A stretch of DNA of 64,000 nt from Bdellovibrionales bacterium (GCA_965219095.1 CBDCMT010000001.1:1056001-1120000), one strand, 5' to 3'. Counted from the stretch's first letter, positions 34,108 to 45,109 are shown. The notes: generated by a model not told the origin, from the sequence alone. Translations and numbers: made by a program.

Positions 34108-35592
34108 ATGAAAATGAAATGGACTTTAAATATAGTAGCTCTATTATTCTTAGGGGGTTTAGGAGTTGAAGCCAAGGAGTATCTTATTAAACTGGATTCT
34201 GAGCAAGTAACAAAGACTCAGTTTCATGTAGCTTTATCTATAGTAAGTTTTTCAAAGATAGAGGCTAGAGATATTAAGTTTAACGGCTGGCATGTAATTG
34301 ATCTAGATGAAAGTTCCCCTCTTTCACATGAAGCCTTAGAAGTTTTAATAGAAGAGGGAGTCCTTCAAGAGAACTTTACTTACCGTTATGCTTTCCAATT
34401 GCCAAAAGTTTCAGAAGATTTTCTTGAGAATCTAGAGCAGATCAGTTCTCAGGGTTTAGACTTATCGTTTAGAGATTTTTTACAAGCTCCTCCAGATAAC
34501 CCTGACTTTCTGAAACCTTCTTCTCAAAATAGGGGTAGGGATCCTCTCTTTAATAAGCAATGGGGTATGAAGAATATAGGCATGGATATTTCTATGGCGA
34601 ATGAAAAGGGAGAAGAGATTGTTGTGGCTGTGATTGATACAGGGGTGGACTACACACACCCCGATTTAGTAGAGAATTTGTGGGTTAATAAAAATGAAAT
34701 TCCTAACAATAACATTGATGATGATGAAAATGGTTATGTGGATGACATTTATGGCTGGGATTTTGTATCCAACGATAACAAGCCTTATGATTTGAAACTC
34801 CCCGATTATCAAATTATTCTTTTGAAAGGAAATCCAGGTCATGGAACTCACTGTGCTGGTAATGTGGCAGCAAGAGGAAACAATAAAGAAGGAATTTTAG
34901 GTGTTGCACCTTATGCAAAAATTATGGCTATAAGATTTTTAGGGGAACGAGGACAAGGTTCATCCGAAGGAGCTGTTAAGTCCATTCGTTATGCTGTAGA
35001 TAATGGAGCTAAAGTTCTTTCTAACTCTTGGGGAGCTCCTGCAAGTAATTGGAGGCAAGATCCTAATGCTGATAGAGCTTTAAAGGAGGTCATAGAGTAT
35101 GCTGAGTCAAAAGGAGTTTTATTTATAGCAGCTGCAGGTAACGGTGACAAACAAGGTAATGGTTATAGTAATGAAGATCAATCTAGAGCTGTTCTTCCTG
35201 CTAGTTATGAGTATGAAAGTATTATTAGTGTGGCGGCTTTAGATATAAACGATGGTTTAAGTAAATTTTCTAACTACGGAGCTACAACTGTTGATATAGG
35301 AGCACCTGGAGTGGATGTTTTTTCAACAGTTGTAACTTTAGCCCCTGTTCGATACAACAATGTAGTTTTAGATTTATCTAGTTTAGGAGGGCCAAAAATC
35401 ACTTGGAGTGGAACCTCTATGGCAACACCCCATGTAGCAGGAGCGGTAGCTCTTTACTGGAGTCAAAACCCTGAAGCTCATTGGAGGCAAGTGAAGAAAG
35501 CTATTCTTGAATCTGTAGTTAAAATAAATGCTTTATCAGGAAAAGTCACATCGAATGGTAAGTTGAATTTAAAACAACTTATGAGAAAATAA
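34108..35592 (+). CDS. secreted subtilisin-like serine protease (S8)
   Basis: signal peptide; catalytic D (VIDTG), H (HGTHCAG), S (GTSMATP); oxyanion AAGN. Confidence 0.95.
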   Translation: MKMKWTLNIVALLFLGGLGVEAKEYLIKLDSEQVTKTQFHVALSIVSFSKIEARDIKFNGWHVIDLDESSPLSHEALEVLIEEGVLQENFTYRYAFQLPKVSEDFLENLEQISSQGLDLSFRDFLQAPPDNPDFLKPSSQNRGRDPLFNKQWGMKNIGMDISMANEKGEEIVVAVIDTGVDYTHPDLVENLWVNKNEIPNNNIDDDENGYVDDIYGWDFVSNDNKPYDLKLPDYQIILLKGNPGHGTHCAGNVAARGNNKEGILGVAPYAKIMAIRFLGERGQGSSEGAVKSIRYAVDNGAKVLSNSWGAPASNWRQDPNADRALKEVIEYAESKGVLFIAAAGNGDKQGNGYSNEDQSRAVLPASYEYESIISVAALDINDGLSKFSNYGATTVDIGAPGVDVFSTVVTLAPVRYNNVVLDLSSLGGPKITWSGTSMATPHVAGAVALYWSQNPEAHWRQVKKAILESVVKINALSGKVTSNGKLNLKQLMRK

Positions 35593-35675
35593 AAAATAGC
35601 AATTGAAGAGGGATCTAAGATAAAGAGTTAAGAAAAGTTAAGAGATGGCATAAGTATTTGAAATTTTAAAAATTT

Positions 35676-35712
35676 AAAAAGAGTTTTCCATAGGAGGGAA
35701 AACTCTTTTTTT
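35676..35712 (+). terminator. intrinsic terminator after the S8 protease gene
   Basis: AAAAAGAGTTTTCC-loop-GGAAAACTCTTTTTTT hairpin with T tail. Confidence 0.7.
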
Positions 35713-35743
35713 ATGAGAGTATTCGATGTACTTTACTAAATTC

Positions 35744-35791
35744 GCCTCCTCAAAAGAATCTGTGGGTTCCCGGAGGTTCTTTTGAGGAGGC
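35744..35791. repeat. 48-bp palindromic REP/MITE-like repeat, full copy
   Basis: GCCTCCTCAAAAGAA-N18-TTCTTTTGAGGAGGC; identical to 59471-59518. Confidence 0.9.
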
Positions 35792-35855
35792 ATTTTTTTT
35801 AACTCTGAATATCTCATACTCAACCCCTCCTTAGGTATCTTTGAGCCTATTATAA

Positions 35856-37260
35856 TACCATTTCCAAAAATTAATTCGACATTCTTTTAACGCATAGCGT
35901 CCTGGCTTTTTGATCAAACTCTGTTAAATTTTTAGAGTGTCGAAAAAAGATTTAGTTACACAGATTCAAGGGTATAATTTTCTAGCTACTTACAAAGTAG
36001 AAAGAAGTGCCAACATCAAGATAAAACTCCAAGCTTTGCAGCATATGCAAGAAGGAAAATCGATTCAAGAAACAGCAAGTATAGTTTTCTATCACCGTCA
36101 CAGTATCAAATCCTGGTTACAGTCTTTTGTAGACTTTGATTACGAGGGGTTGATAGATCGAGAAGGCAGAGGGCGCAAGCCTCGTTTACCAGTGACAGAA
36201 GAAGAGAACTTCAAAATCAAGTTAGATGAAATTCAAGACACAAGAGAAGGAGGAAGCATAGGAGCAAAGGGAATACAGGAACTTTTAGCAGATGAATTTG
36301 ACTGTTGCTATTCTCTTTCTGGGGTTTATGCTCTTTTAGACCGTCTTAATATTGTATGGATCAGTGGTCGTTCTCTTCATCCTAAAACTTCACAAGAAGC
36401 TATGGAACAGTTTAAGGAACATTTTCCAGAAGAGGTGGAGAAAATAAAGGAAAAGATTCAGACTCATAAAATAGAGATTTGGTGGCAGGATGAATGCAGA
36501 ATAGGCCAGCAAGGTTCTTTAAGCAGGATTTGGGCAAGAAAAGGCACACGACCTAGAGTTGTGAGACAAAGACAATTTTTATCCACTTATATTTTTGGAG
36601 CAGTTTGTCCGGATAAAGATAAAGGCTGTGCTTGGGTTTTACCGGAATGTAATTCAGGGATGATGCAAATTCACTTAGATGAGATATCTAAAAATATTCA
36701 AGAAAACTATCATGGAATTGTTTTAATGGACAGAGCCAGTTGGCATACCACAGAGACTTTGATAGTTCCTAAGAATTTATCCCTGATGCCTTTACCTCCT
36801 TATAGTCCAGAATTAAATCCCATGGAACAAGTCTGGCAACAATTACGAAGGATCAAATTATCGAATGCATGTTTTAAAAACTATGACCATATACTGAATA
36901 CTTGTTGTGAGGCCTGGAATACTTTTTGCGATCAGGAGGGCAGGATTAAAAAATTATGCACTCGATCTTGGGCAAAACAACAAGATGAATCAAGCTTGTA
37001 AATTAATTTGAACCTATAAATTAAATTGCGTAACTGATTTTTTTCATTTTACATCTTAACCTCACTTTTTTACACTTATTTTAACCCATCAATCGATTCA
37101 CACAACAATAGATATACATAAAATAAACATATCTTATGAAAACTCAACCTCCCTTCAAAAAAAACTTTTTTAAAGCCTCCTAATTGAAACTTTTCCTTAA
37201 GTCAATTTTAAAATTTTAAATTTGAACATAAAAATGTCGAATTAATTTCTGTAATTGGTA
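35856..37260 (+). mobile_element. IS630-family element A, apparently intact
   Basis: 28-bp imperfect TIRs; flanks TAA/TAA; uninterrupted transposase. Confidence 0.93.
35937..37001 (+). CDS. IS630-family transposase
   Basis: WQDE, MDRASWH, LPPYSPELNPMEQVW. Confidence 0.94.
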   Translation: MSKKDLVTQIQGYNFLATYKVERSANIKIKLQALQHMQEGKSIQETASIVFYHRHSIKSWLQSFVDFDYEGLIDREGRGRKPRLPVTEEENFKIKLDEIQDTREGGSIGAKGIQELLADEFDCCYSLSGVYALLDRLNIVWISGRSLHPKTSQEAMEQFKEHFPEEVEKIKEKIQTHKIEIWWQDECRIGQQGSLSRIWARKGTRPRVVRQRQFLSTYIFGAVCPDKDKGCAWVLPECNSGMMQIHLDEISKNIQENYHGIVLMDRASWHTTETLIVPKNLSLMPLPPYSPELNPMEQVWQQLRRIKLSNACFKNYDHILNTCCEAWNTFCDQEGRIKKLCTRSWAKQQDESSL

Positions 37261-37541
37261 TAACACAACTTAATTCACTTGCCAAAGTAGTACTAAGTAT
37301 TTTTGATAATTTTTTACAAATTCTCTTTTTCCAACGAAAAGGGTTTTTTGAAAGTCCTTGCCCTAGAATTTGATCTCGAAATTAGTTCTTCTCTTCTCCA
37401 TCAAAACAAATAAGAATTTTTTGTGAAAAAATTGTAAAAATACACACTCAAATATGAAAAAATTGTTGAACTGGATTCCTCAGTCGTTTAGAGCTTTTAA
37501 AGGCTTTTCTGAAAAAGTATCGCAAAAAAAATGTGCAAAAA

Positions 37542-37562
37542 AGTGTATAAATTTTATACACT
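37542..37562. promoter_or_regulatory. palindromic putative regulator binding site
   Basis: AGTGTATAAA-T-TTTATACACT 10-1-10 inverted repeat about 150 bp upstream of ATG 37711. Confidence 0.4.
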
Positions 37563-38006
37563 GACAAAAATTATCACATCTTCTCAAAGTCTTTCTGCTT
37601 CAAGTTGCTGTTATAAATAAAAAAAATAAAAAAATTTCTTGATTTTTTTGCAAACTTAGCTTACTATATTCTAATAAAAGAAGTAAAGATAAGGAAAGGA
37701 GATAAAGAACATGAAAACAAAAGACATTTTTAAAACTATTTTTCTGCTAGGAGTTCTAACAGTTGTTTTTCCTTCCGTAAGTTCTGCTACAAGAGGAAAA
37801 CCCAAAGCTGACATGAGAAAAAAAGGAATTGATGCAAAAAACATTATCGGCAAGAACGTAAATAGTAAAGTAAGATTAGGAGAACTAGGAAAAATACTAG
37901 AACAGAAGAAAGTTTCTGATGAATCGTTCAATACGCTAAGAGCAGGAGCTGGAAAAGAACTTTTAGAGGCTCTTACAACATCTAATTAAAGCAGATGATG
38001 AAGCTA

Positions 38007-39453
38007 GTGTTCTGACCAGTAAATTTTTTCACAATTTTCAAGCCTTTAATCCAGGTCATTTTATTAAATTATTTTTATATTAAAAAGAATAAAAGTGAAA
38101 TGTTTAGAGTTATACCAATTCCAAAAGTTAATTCTACATTTTCATGTATAAGTTTGGATTTTTACTTCTAGAAATTTATAACTTTTAAGTATGGGTAAAG
38201 AGTGTATCAAATTCATTGGAAAGATATGATTTTCTAATGTTTATATACAATTTAGTTTACAGGCTCTTACAGGCTCGTCTCATTTTTTATAATGGAACTT
38301 TTCTCTGGCTGATTTTCTTGAAAAATTCCATTTTATTGTCATCTTCCGTCTGTTCATAATATTCACCCAAGCCTTGGTTCTTTTTCTTAAAGTTTCTATG
38401 TCAGGTATTCTTGATTTTCCTAAACATTGACGAGAGTACATATTGATTGCAATTTCTGCTTGATTTAACCAACTTCCATGACTCGGAGTATAATGAACCT
38501 CAAAGCGAGACCATAGATGCAAACCTCGATCTTTTCCATAAAAATCAGTAAGACTTTTTTTTCTATGAGTGTTCAAATTATCCATAACTAGAACAATCTT
38601 CTTGGAATCAGAATAATGTCTCTCAACAGAAGATAAAAACTTAGCAAAATCCGGACCTGTCCTTCTCTCTGTTACCTTATTCATATAAAAACCTCTCTTA
38701 GGCTCCACAGCACAGAAAACATTTGCTGTACCCTCTCTTTTATACTCATAATCTACTTTTTTTACTTCCGAGGGATGACAACCCGATGGAGGACGAACAT
38801 CATCAAGTAACTGAAGAGGCTTTTCATCAATACACACAACAGGCTTTCCTTTAATCGGAGGCTTCTCATACACTTTCAAAACATCCTCCATCCTCTCTAT
38901 AAATTCATCATTAAGCTCTGGTACACACCAACTCTTCTGTTGCCAAGGTTTTAGATCATGTTCTAAAAGAATAATCCTAACTTTTTCTTTGCTAATAGAG
39001 TCTACAATCTTGTTTTTTTCTGCCCTCTCTTTAATGAGCTCTAAAGTCCATCGATCAAAGCCCTCCGGAGGATCTGAGCAGACTATAGCTATAATCTTTG
39101 ACTTTATGCGATCATCAAACTTTGGAGGTTTTCCAGGACGAGGATCATCTTCAAGAGCTTTTTTCAGCCCAGAATTCTCATAGTTTTTTTGGATGTTGAA
39201 AACAGTTCTAGGAGTTATCTCTAAGTAATCTGCTGTCTCTATGGCAGTTAAATTTTTGTTCCTTAAGTTTAGAACATTGGCTCGATATATGGCTCTTGGA
39301 TTTTTAGACTTCTTTATAATTTTAAGAATTTCTCTCTTATCTTTTGGCTTTAATAAATTTAACATATGAGTATTAAAACATAAAAAAAAAAATAAATAAA
39401 ATGACCTGGATTAAAGGCTTGAAAATTGTGAAAAAAATTACTGGTCAGAACAC
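38007..39453 (-). mobile_element. IS630-family element B with 59-bp TIRs
   Basis: GTGTTCTGACCAGT...TCATTTTATT inverted repeats (1 mismatch); TA duplication 38005-6 / 39454-5. Confidence 0.9.
38280..39365 (-). CDS. IS630-family transposase
   Basis: CIDEKP, MDNLNTH, YTPSHGSWLNQAE; N-terminal HTH. Confidence 0.93.
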   Translation of the reverse strand: MLNLLKPKDKREILKIIKKSKNPRAIYRANVLNLRNKNLTAIETADYLEITPRTVFNIQKNYENSGLKKALEDDPRPGKPPKFDDRIKSKIIAIVCSDPPEGFDRWTLELIKERAEKNKIVDSISKEKVRIILLEHDLKPWQQKSWCVPELNDEFIERMEDVLKVYEKPPIKGKPVVCIDEKPLQLLDDVRPPSGCHPSEVKKVDYEYKREGTANVFCAVEPKRGFYMNKVTERRTGPDFAKFLSSVERHYSDSKKIVLVMDNLNTHRKKSLTDFYGKDRGLHLWSRFEVHYTPSHGSWLNQAEIAINMYSRQCLGKSRIPDIETLRKRTKAWVNIMNRRKMTIKWNFSRKSAREKFHYKK

Positions 39454-40323
39454 TAGGGATATTCTTAGGACAATTTTTCCAAAAGAGTTGGCTGGATCTT
39501 GGAAACTCCGTTCTACATCAAAACAAATTTTGAGAGGAAGGCTAGGCCTTGGCCTTATAAATGTAAATAATTCTCAATGGCCCGGGCCTGAACCGATACC
39601 GATATCACGTGTAGTGGATGATCTTAAGTCTCTCCTCGATCAAAGAAAGGATACTAATTTTAGAGTTCAAATGGAAGAATTGATAGAAAGAGGAAGTTTT
39701 GATGTTGAGAAATTAACTGAGCAGGACATACAAAGAGATGACATAAGTTTAGCAGAACATCTTAGCCAAAAAGAAAATTCTTTGAAATTTATAAGCTCTT
39801 TAGTTAGCAGCAAAAGCCTTTGCCATTATGTTCATTTTTTTCTCGCAAAAGAAATTTTAATAGACAAATCAATAATGGAGAAGTTCTCCTCGTATTTTGA
39901 TGTTTGGGTTACGAAAGTCCTGATGAGAAGATTAAGATTTAAAGGGTTCTATACTTTTTTCGAAAACCCCATGCTAGACCTCTTGGCAAAAGATTTCGTA
40001 ATTCTAAAACACGCTCTCTTATGGGAAAGTTGGATTAAAGAATTGATAAGAATAAGGAGCTATGATTTTCAACGTACTCTATGGAAGAAAGTTTTGTCAA
40101 GAGAAATGGCAATGAAACATCCTCAGTGGGAAAAGTTAGTTAGAGCTTTAGACGAATCTCTTTTAAAAGACGAATCCATCCAAAAGCTTCTTTTAAAATA
40201 CAAGGCTGCCCAAGTAGCAGCACCAACGAAACAAGAAGAAAAACCTAACACAACTCCATCTTCAGAAAACGACAGCAACTCATGCAAATCATTTTTTTAG
40301 CATAACTCAGTCGTTGAGCCACC

Positions 40324-41384
40324 TATAGTGCTTCTGCTTAGGTTTTCCGTTTTTTTTTTGAGTTGAGGTCTAGTTTTTATTCTAAGGCCTTGATAAAAAG
40401 TCATTTATTTTTAAAAATAGTTTCATATGTCAGGGTTTCTATCAAAAAAAGAGCGAAAAGATTTACTCTATGAACTATCTCTAGAGAAAAATCTTAAATA
40501 CGCAAAAAGGATTATGACAATTCTCCATATAACAAAGACGGGATAGAGTGCTTAATCAACGACAATTACAACCCTAAAAGGTCCTTTTTAACTAAGAAAG
40601 AGGAGAAAATGCTTTTAAAGGAATTAGAGAAAAGAATTTTTCCATCATCACAGGCCCTTATTCAGTTCATTGAGGAGAATTTTGGTGTTACGTACTTTAA
40701 CAAGTGGTGTAATTGATCTTCTCCATCGCCTTGGTTTTTCTTATAAAAAAGCCACAGCGATACCGGGTAAGGCAAAGAGAGAAGAGCAGAAAAAGTTTGT
40801 GCGTAAATACAAGAGAATTAAGAAGAAAGACGGTCCTGTTTACTTTGCTGATTCCACACATCCTGAGTGGGGCCCTACGATTTTATATGGTTGGATAAGA
40901 GAGGGTAAGAAGTTTGAAGTGAAGACCAATTCAGGCTGGAGAAAAAGAGTGAATGTTTGTGGAGCTATTGAGATCAATAGTTTGAAGACGGTAGTCAGGA
41001 GTTATAAGACAGTTAACAAAGTTTTTCTATGTGATATGCTCTATCATATTCATTAAGAAGTATTCCGATGAAAAAGAGATTCATCTTATCTTAGATGGGG
41101 CCGGATACAATAGATCGAAGTCTGTCAAGAAGTTAGCGAAAGAGTTGAATATAAAACTTGTTTACTTCCTCCGTACTCACCGAATTTAAATCCTATAGAA
41201 AGGCTTTGGAAGTTTATGAAAAAAGAGGTCACGGCGAATCGATATTATGAAAACTATGACGATTTCAAGGGAAGTTTAAGTCAATTTTTTAGAGGAATAC
41301 GAAACCACAGGCCTAAATTAGAAACTTTGATAACTGATAACTTCTCCATCTTAGGAAACTGAAAACCTAAACGGAAGCACTATA
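40324..41384 (+). mobile_element. IS630-family element C, degenerate
   Basis: TIRs TATAGTGCTTC.G.TTAGGTTTT; fragmented transposase (FADSTHP, ILDGAGY, PPYSPNLNPIERLW). Confidence 0.85.
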
Positions 41385-41403
41385 TACTATACAAAGCTAA
41401 TTT

Positions 41404-41430
41404 GCCTCCTCAAAAGAATCTGTGGGTTCC
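41404..41430. repeat. 48-bp palindromic repeat, partial copy
   Basis: GCCTCCTCAAAAGAATCTGTGGGTTCC. Confidence 0.8.
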
Positions 41431-41464
41431 TAAGGCTCTTATCTTATGTTTTTTTTAAATAATT

Positions 41465-41986
41465 TTAGTTTACAGGATCAAATTTTAAATTTTCACGAAG
41501 TTGTCGTCTTTGTTCATCAATTTCGGCTTGTTTTGTTGTATTGAACTGAACTTTTTTAATAAGGCCACTATTTACTTCTTTGACTTTGAAATAAAGAAAT
41601 TGGTTTTCCTGAGTATGAGAAATAACAGTAATTTCAAAAGATACTTCCTTTAGTTCTCTGAGGATTTGGGGGGTTCTTCCTTGAAGCTCACCCTCTTTGA
41701 GGGTGATTTTTTTAGGCAAGATCCATCGATAAGTATAATCTATAGAACTTAAGAGTTTGTGAGATAAGGTCGCTTTTAAAGTAACCTCTTCTCCTTTAAC
41801 GATGGGGTCTGTTTTTTCATCAGATCTTTTAAGAGAGATTTTTATAGAAGAAGTAGCTTTTCTGTAGTAGTGATGAACATGTGAAATCTCCTCCTGTGGG
41901 GGATGAGAACGAAAACAACCTGCTAAAAGTAAAGAAAAAATAAATACCACTAAGTGATAAAAAAGTGGATCTTTTTTTAAAAACAT
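41465..41986 (-). CDS. putative lipoprotein of unknown function
   Basis: LLAGC lipobox; RBS AGGAG. Confidence 0.7.
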   Translation of the reverse strand: MFLKKDPLFYHLVVFIFSLLLAGCFRSHPPQEEISHVHHYYRKATSSIKISLKRSDEKTDPIVKGEEVTLKATLSHKLLSSIDYTYRWILPKKITLKEGELQGRTPQILRELKEVSFEITVISHTQENQFLYFKVKEVNSGLIKKVQFNTTKQAEIDEQRRQLRENLKFDPVN

Positions 41987-42023
41987 AAATTCTCCTTTCC
42001 TAAAAGGGTTTTGATTTTTTTCA

Positions 42024-43991
42024 TTAGTTTTGGCATAAATATTTATTTCCTAATTTTAAACTAAAATTAACAGGATCAAGATTATCTCCTTTAATAATAT
42101 CAGAAATGGAAACGAATCTGTTAACCCAGATGATGTACTGTTCTCCTTTTTTTATATTGAAGCCTTCTAAGTCAACTCTTGTTTTATTTTTTCTTTCACC
42201 TACAAGGCACCAATCCTTTATAAGTCTTTTTTCTGGTAAGTGTTGTGGGCATGTTGTATCATTATTTTTTCTTAAAAGATAAAGACTTAAATTATTATTG
42301 CTATTTTCAAGTTCAAGAAAAAAAGAGAGGTTTTTTTCTGGTGTATAGATATCTGGTGTATAGATAAAAAAGAGGTTGTTTTGTGGATGTGTGTACTCCC
42401 AAGCTTCTTGTTGTTTTTCAGGGCTTAAGGGGAGATCTGTTGAAAGATAAGGAACACCTTCTATTTCTATAGAAGAAGGACAAGAAGAGGAAGAGGGGAA
42501 AAAAGATTTAAAATAGGGAGTTTGATCTTGTTTTTCTTCTGTCAGGAAGTTTTGAATTTCAACATTTACAGATGTTGAACATGAAGCAATAGAATCTGTT
42601 TTAAAAAAAATTAAATAAGACTTAAGAAAGTGGCTGAAATCTATATAGTCTTTTGAATTCTTTAATTCTCTTAAAGCTGAATAAATTCTTAGATAGGATT
42701 TTCTTTTATCATCAGGAGTGTTTCCCTCTATTTTGTACATTTTCCACAAGGTGCGTGTTATAGAAGTTTCTCTATAATTTCCTTCTCCCTCCACTTCCAT
42801 TCTAGGAATATCAATCTCTCCCCAATATTCAACCGATTCTTTTAAAACGTTTTCTTTTGTAGAAAAAGTTAACCTCAACGAATCCTCTCCTCCCAGAAAG
42901 TCTATATAATAAGGAAAATCTTCTCCCCTTTTGTCAGTTAGTGTGAAAATAGAGAAGAAATCACTCATAGCCTCACTATAAGCCAATCTAGGGTCAAAAG
43001 TTCCCCCTCTATCATGAGACCCACCTGGGCTTGATGTTTTAGAAAGAAAATAATCAAGATAATGCCAGTACTCATGAAGGATGACAGAATCATCAAAATG
43101 ATCTGTATCAGCTTCTTTGGTATCTCCAGAAATTCCTCCTAAAATAAACATACGTTTTTCTTTATAAGAATTAATCACAAAACTAACTCCTAAGTCTTCT
43201 ACACTATAATAAAAGTTAGGATTAAAACCATAATCCCAATAAACACCTAAAAAACTATCAAGAGAGCTGGGGATACTAAAACTTGAAGCCTTACAGTATG
43301 TAGAGTTAGTCTGATTAGAATTAGAACAGTCACTGGGAGGATCTCTAGTGACTTTCATAAGGATGTCGTTAGCTGTTAGGAGGAGGTTAAAAATATGAAA
43401 AGCTCCTGTGGTTTGTTCTTCTTCTAAAGTAAGATTCAACTCCCCTTTATCTTGATGGAGGCTGAAAGTTTCTGAAACAAAAGTATAAGGTTTTTGTTCT
43501 TCAGGACAGTTGAAAATGGCAAAATTTCCTTTGCTTCTTTCTACTTGTGTTCTCACCTCAAGGGTGTACTTATTTTTTTCATCAGGATCTTTAGGAACTG
43601 TAAAACTAAAGTTTCCGTTCTCTTTAGTGTAGGCATATTGTATTTCACTTGTGTTGTTGTTGTTTGTGTTATAGGACTTCACAATCAAAAGAGCATGGCG
43701 GATGGGTCTTATTTCTTCATCAAAACTTTCAGCCTCCATTTTAATAACTTTAGCTTTATATTCTGCTCTTCCTGAAAGTATGACAGTGGGAAAACTTAAT
43801 GTTTTAGGGACTTTAAAGTATTTAGAAGAATCTGTAATAATGTTCTCATGAGGACTTCTTCTTTCTTTACAAGAATATGAGGAGAGGATTGTAACAATTT
43901 TTTTTTTGTTACAAGCTGTAAGAAGACTTAAGGCTAGTATTAAAGAGATACTTTTCATCATGAATTTATCGTAAAAACGCACACTTTTCAT
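42024..43991 (-). CDS. lipoprotein, putative zinc metallopeptidase
   Basis: LTAC lipobox (likely start at MMKS); DDSVILHEYWH (HExxH), PGGSH and downstream AYSEA. Confidence 0.7.
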   Translation of the reverse strand: MKSVRFYDKFMMKSISLILALSLLTACNKKKIVTILSSYSCKERRSPHENIITDSSKYFKVPKTLSFPTVILSGRAEYKAKVIKMEAESFDEEIRPIRHALLIVKSYNTNNNNTSEIQYAYTKENGNFSFTVPKDPDEKNKYTLEVRTQVERSKGNFAIFNCPEEQKPYTFVSETFSLHQDKGELNLTLEEEQTTGAFHIFNLLLTANDILMKVTRDPPSDCSNSNQTNSTYCKASSFSIPSSLDSFLGVYWDYGFNPNFYYSVEDLGVSFVINSYKEKRMFILGGISGDTKEADTDHFDDSVILHEYWHYLDYFLSKTSSPGGSHDRGGTFDPRLAYSEAMSDFFSIFTLTDKRGEDFPYYIDFLGGEDSLRLTFSTKENVLKESVEYWGEIDIPRMEVEGEGNYRETSITRTLWKMYKIEGNTPDDKRKSYLRIYSALRELKNSKDYIDFSHFLKSYLIFFKTDSIASCSTSVNVEIQNFLTEEKQDQTPYFKSFFPSSSSCPSSIEIEGVPYLSTDLPLSPEKQQEAWEYTHPQNNLFFIYTPDIYTPEKNLSFFLELENSNNNLSLYLLRKNNDTTCPQHLPEKRLIKDWCLVGERKNKTRVDLEGFNIKKGEQYIIWVNRFVSISDIIKGDNLDPVNFSLKLGNKYLCQN

Positions 43992-44053
43992 AAGAGATAA
44001 AGGACTAGTTTTAAACTCTTGTGAAAATAAGGTGTTTCGTAGTAAAGTTAAGT

Positions 44054-44332
44054 ATGGTTCAAGGCTTTAATACAGACATTGATTTAGGAAATATAAAATA
44101 CCATGTTCAAACAGAGGATTGGGGTGTTGATCACCCCTATTTTATCACGTCTATTTTTAAAGCTGGTATTCTTTTAAAATCTATTAAAGTTGCCTATAGG
44201 GATGTTTTTGAAACCAGTGATGATATTGATTTTATTCAAGTGCGTTCTGTATTAAAAACACAACACAGCTACGTTCTCAATTGGGTTCGAAATCAATTTG
44301 AACAACAGAACATGGGAAGAAGGGATTTGTGA
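44054..44332 (+). CDS. conserved hypothetical protein
   Basis: GFNTD......YHVQTEDWG pattern; overlaps the next start (GTGA). Confidence 0.65.
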   Translation: MVQGFNTDIDLGNIKYHVQTEDWGVDHPYFITSIFKAGILLKSIKVAYRDVFETSDDIDFIQVRSVLKTQHSYVLNWVRNQFEQQNMGRRDL

Positions 44333-45104
44333 AGTTTGGTTTGTTTAGTTCTTTTCTCTTTGTAAGTGCCTTTAGCTTTGCAGAAAGTGTTAGTATCTTA
44401 CAAAAAAAACTCTTTGAAACCAAAAAAACTCTTTACAAATTCTCTCAAGATTTAAAGTCTGATCTTTTTGTATTGGAGCTTGTAGAGCATCAGATAGGAG
44501 ATGTCAAAAGTAATCTCTTTCATTTCAAACAGCAAAAAAAAAACTAGATAGTCACAATCAAAAAAGTTTAGAAAGAAGTTTAATTTTAAAAAAAGAATAT
44601 TTGCTATCTGAAATAAAGAAGAAAAGAAAATACATGAAAACTCTTCAAAAGAAAAAAAAGAATCTTATTGACCTTTTGAGTCAAAAAAGAAAGAAGAAGA
44701 AAGAACTTCTCCCTCTTTCCTTTGATGAAGCTAAGGGTCTTCTTTCTCATCCTTGTCAGTTTTGTGTTGTAAGAAAAAGATTTGGTTTTCGAGAGTACTT
44801 CCATTCTATTCTTATACCCTATAAAGGAATCCGTTATCGTTTGCAAAAAAACGATCAAGCAAGAAGTGTTTTTAGAGGAAAAGTTATGTGGGTTGAAGCT
44901 ATTAAAGGTTATGGCAAAACAATAATTTTAAAACACTTAAGCAACTATTATACAGTTTATGCAGGACTTAAGTCCATTAACGTAGTAAAAGATCAACTTG
45001 TTGCAAAAGGGCAAACTTTAGGCCAAATTAGAGGAGAATTATATTTTGAACTTAGAGAATTTGATGAAGCAGTTGACCCTCTTCTGTGGTTTCAGAGACA
45101 ATAA
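44329..45104 (+). pseudogene. envC: EnvC-like murein hydrolase activator (coiled coil + degenerate M23), frameshifted in an A10 tract
   Basis: signal peptide; GYGKTIILKH...YTVYA, LYFELR...AVDP; position upstream of ctpA; one extra A at 44534-44543 joins the two ORFs. Confidence 0.7.
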
Positions 45105-45109
45105 AGAAT

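Larger units (their letters stand above)
37711..40300 (+). pseudogene. secreted protein gene split by IS630-B and a frameshift; ends CKSFF
   Basis: signal peptide at 37711; removing the IS at the TA target gives ...HLIKADDEARDILRTIF... in frame with 39456-40300; frameshift near 37967. Confidence 0.75.

Noticed and set aside
37002..37232. Non-coding 3' arm of IS630-A as a guide or structured RNA
   Set aside because: AT-rich with no convincing structure by eye; it is conserved only because the copies are recent; no RNA-guided nuclease is encoded.
39401..39455. Native start of a 299-aa protein
   Set aside because: The first 18 codons are the IS630-B terminal repeat.
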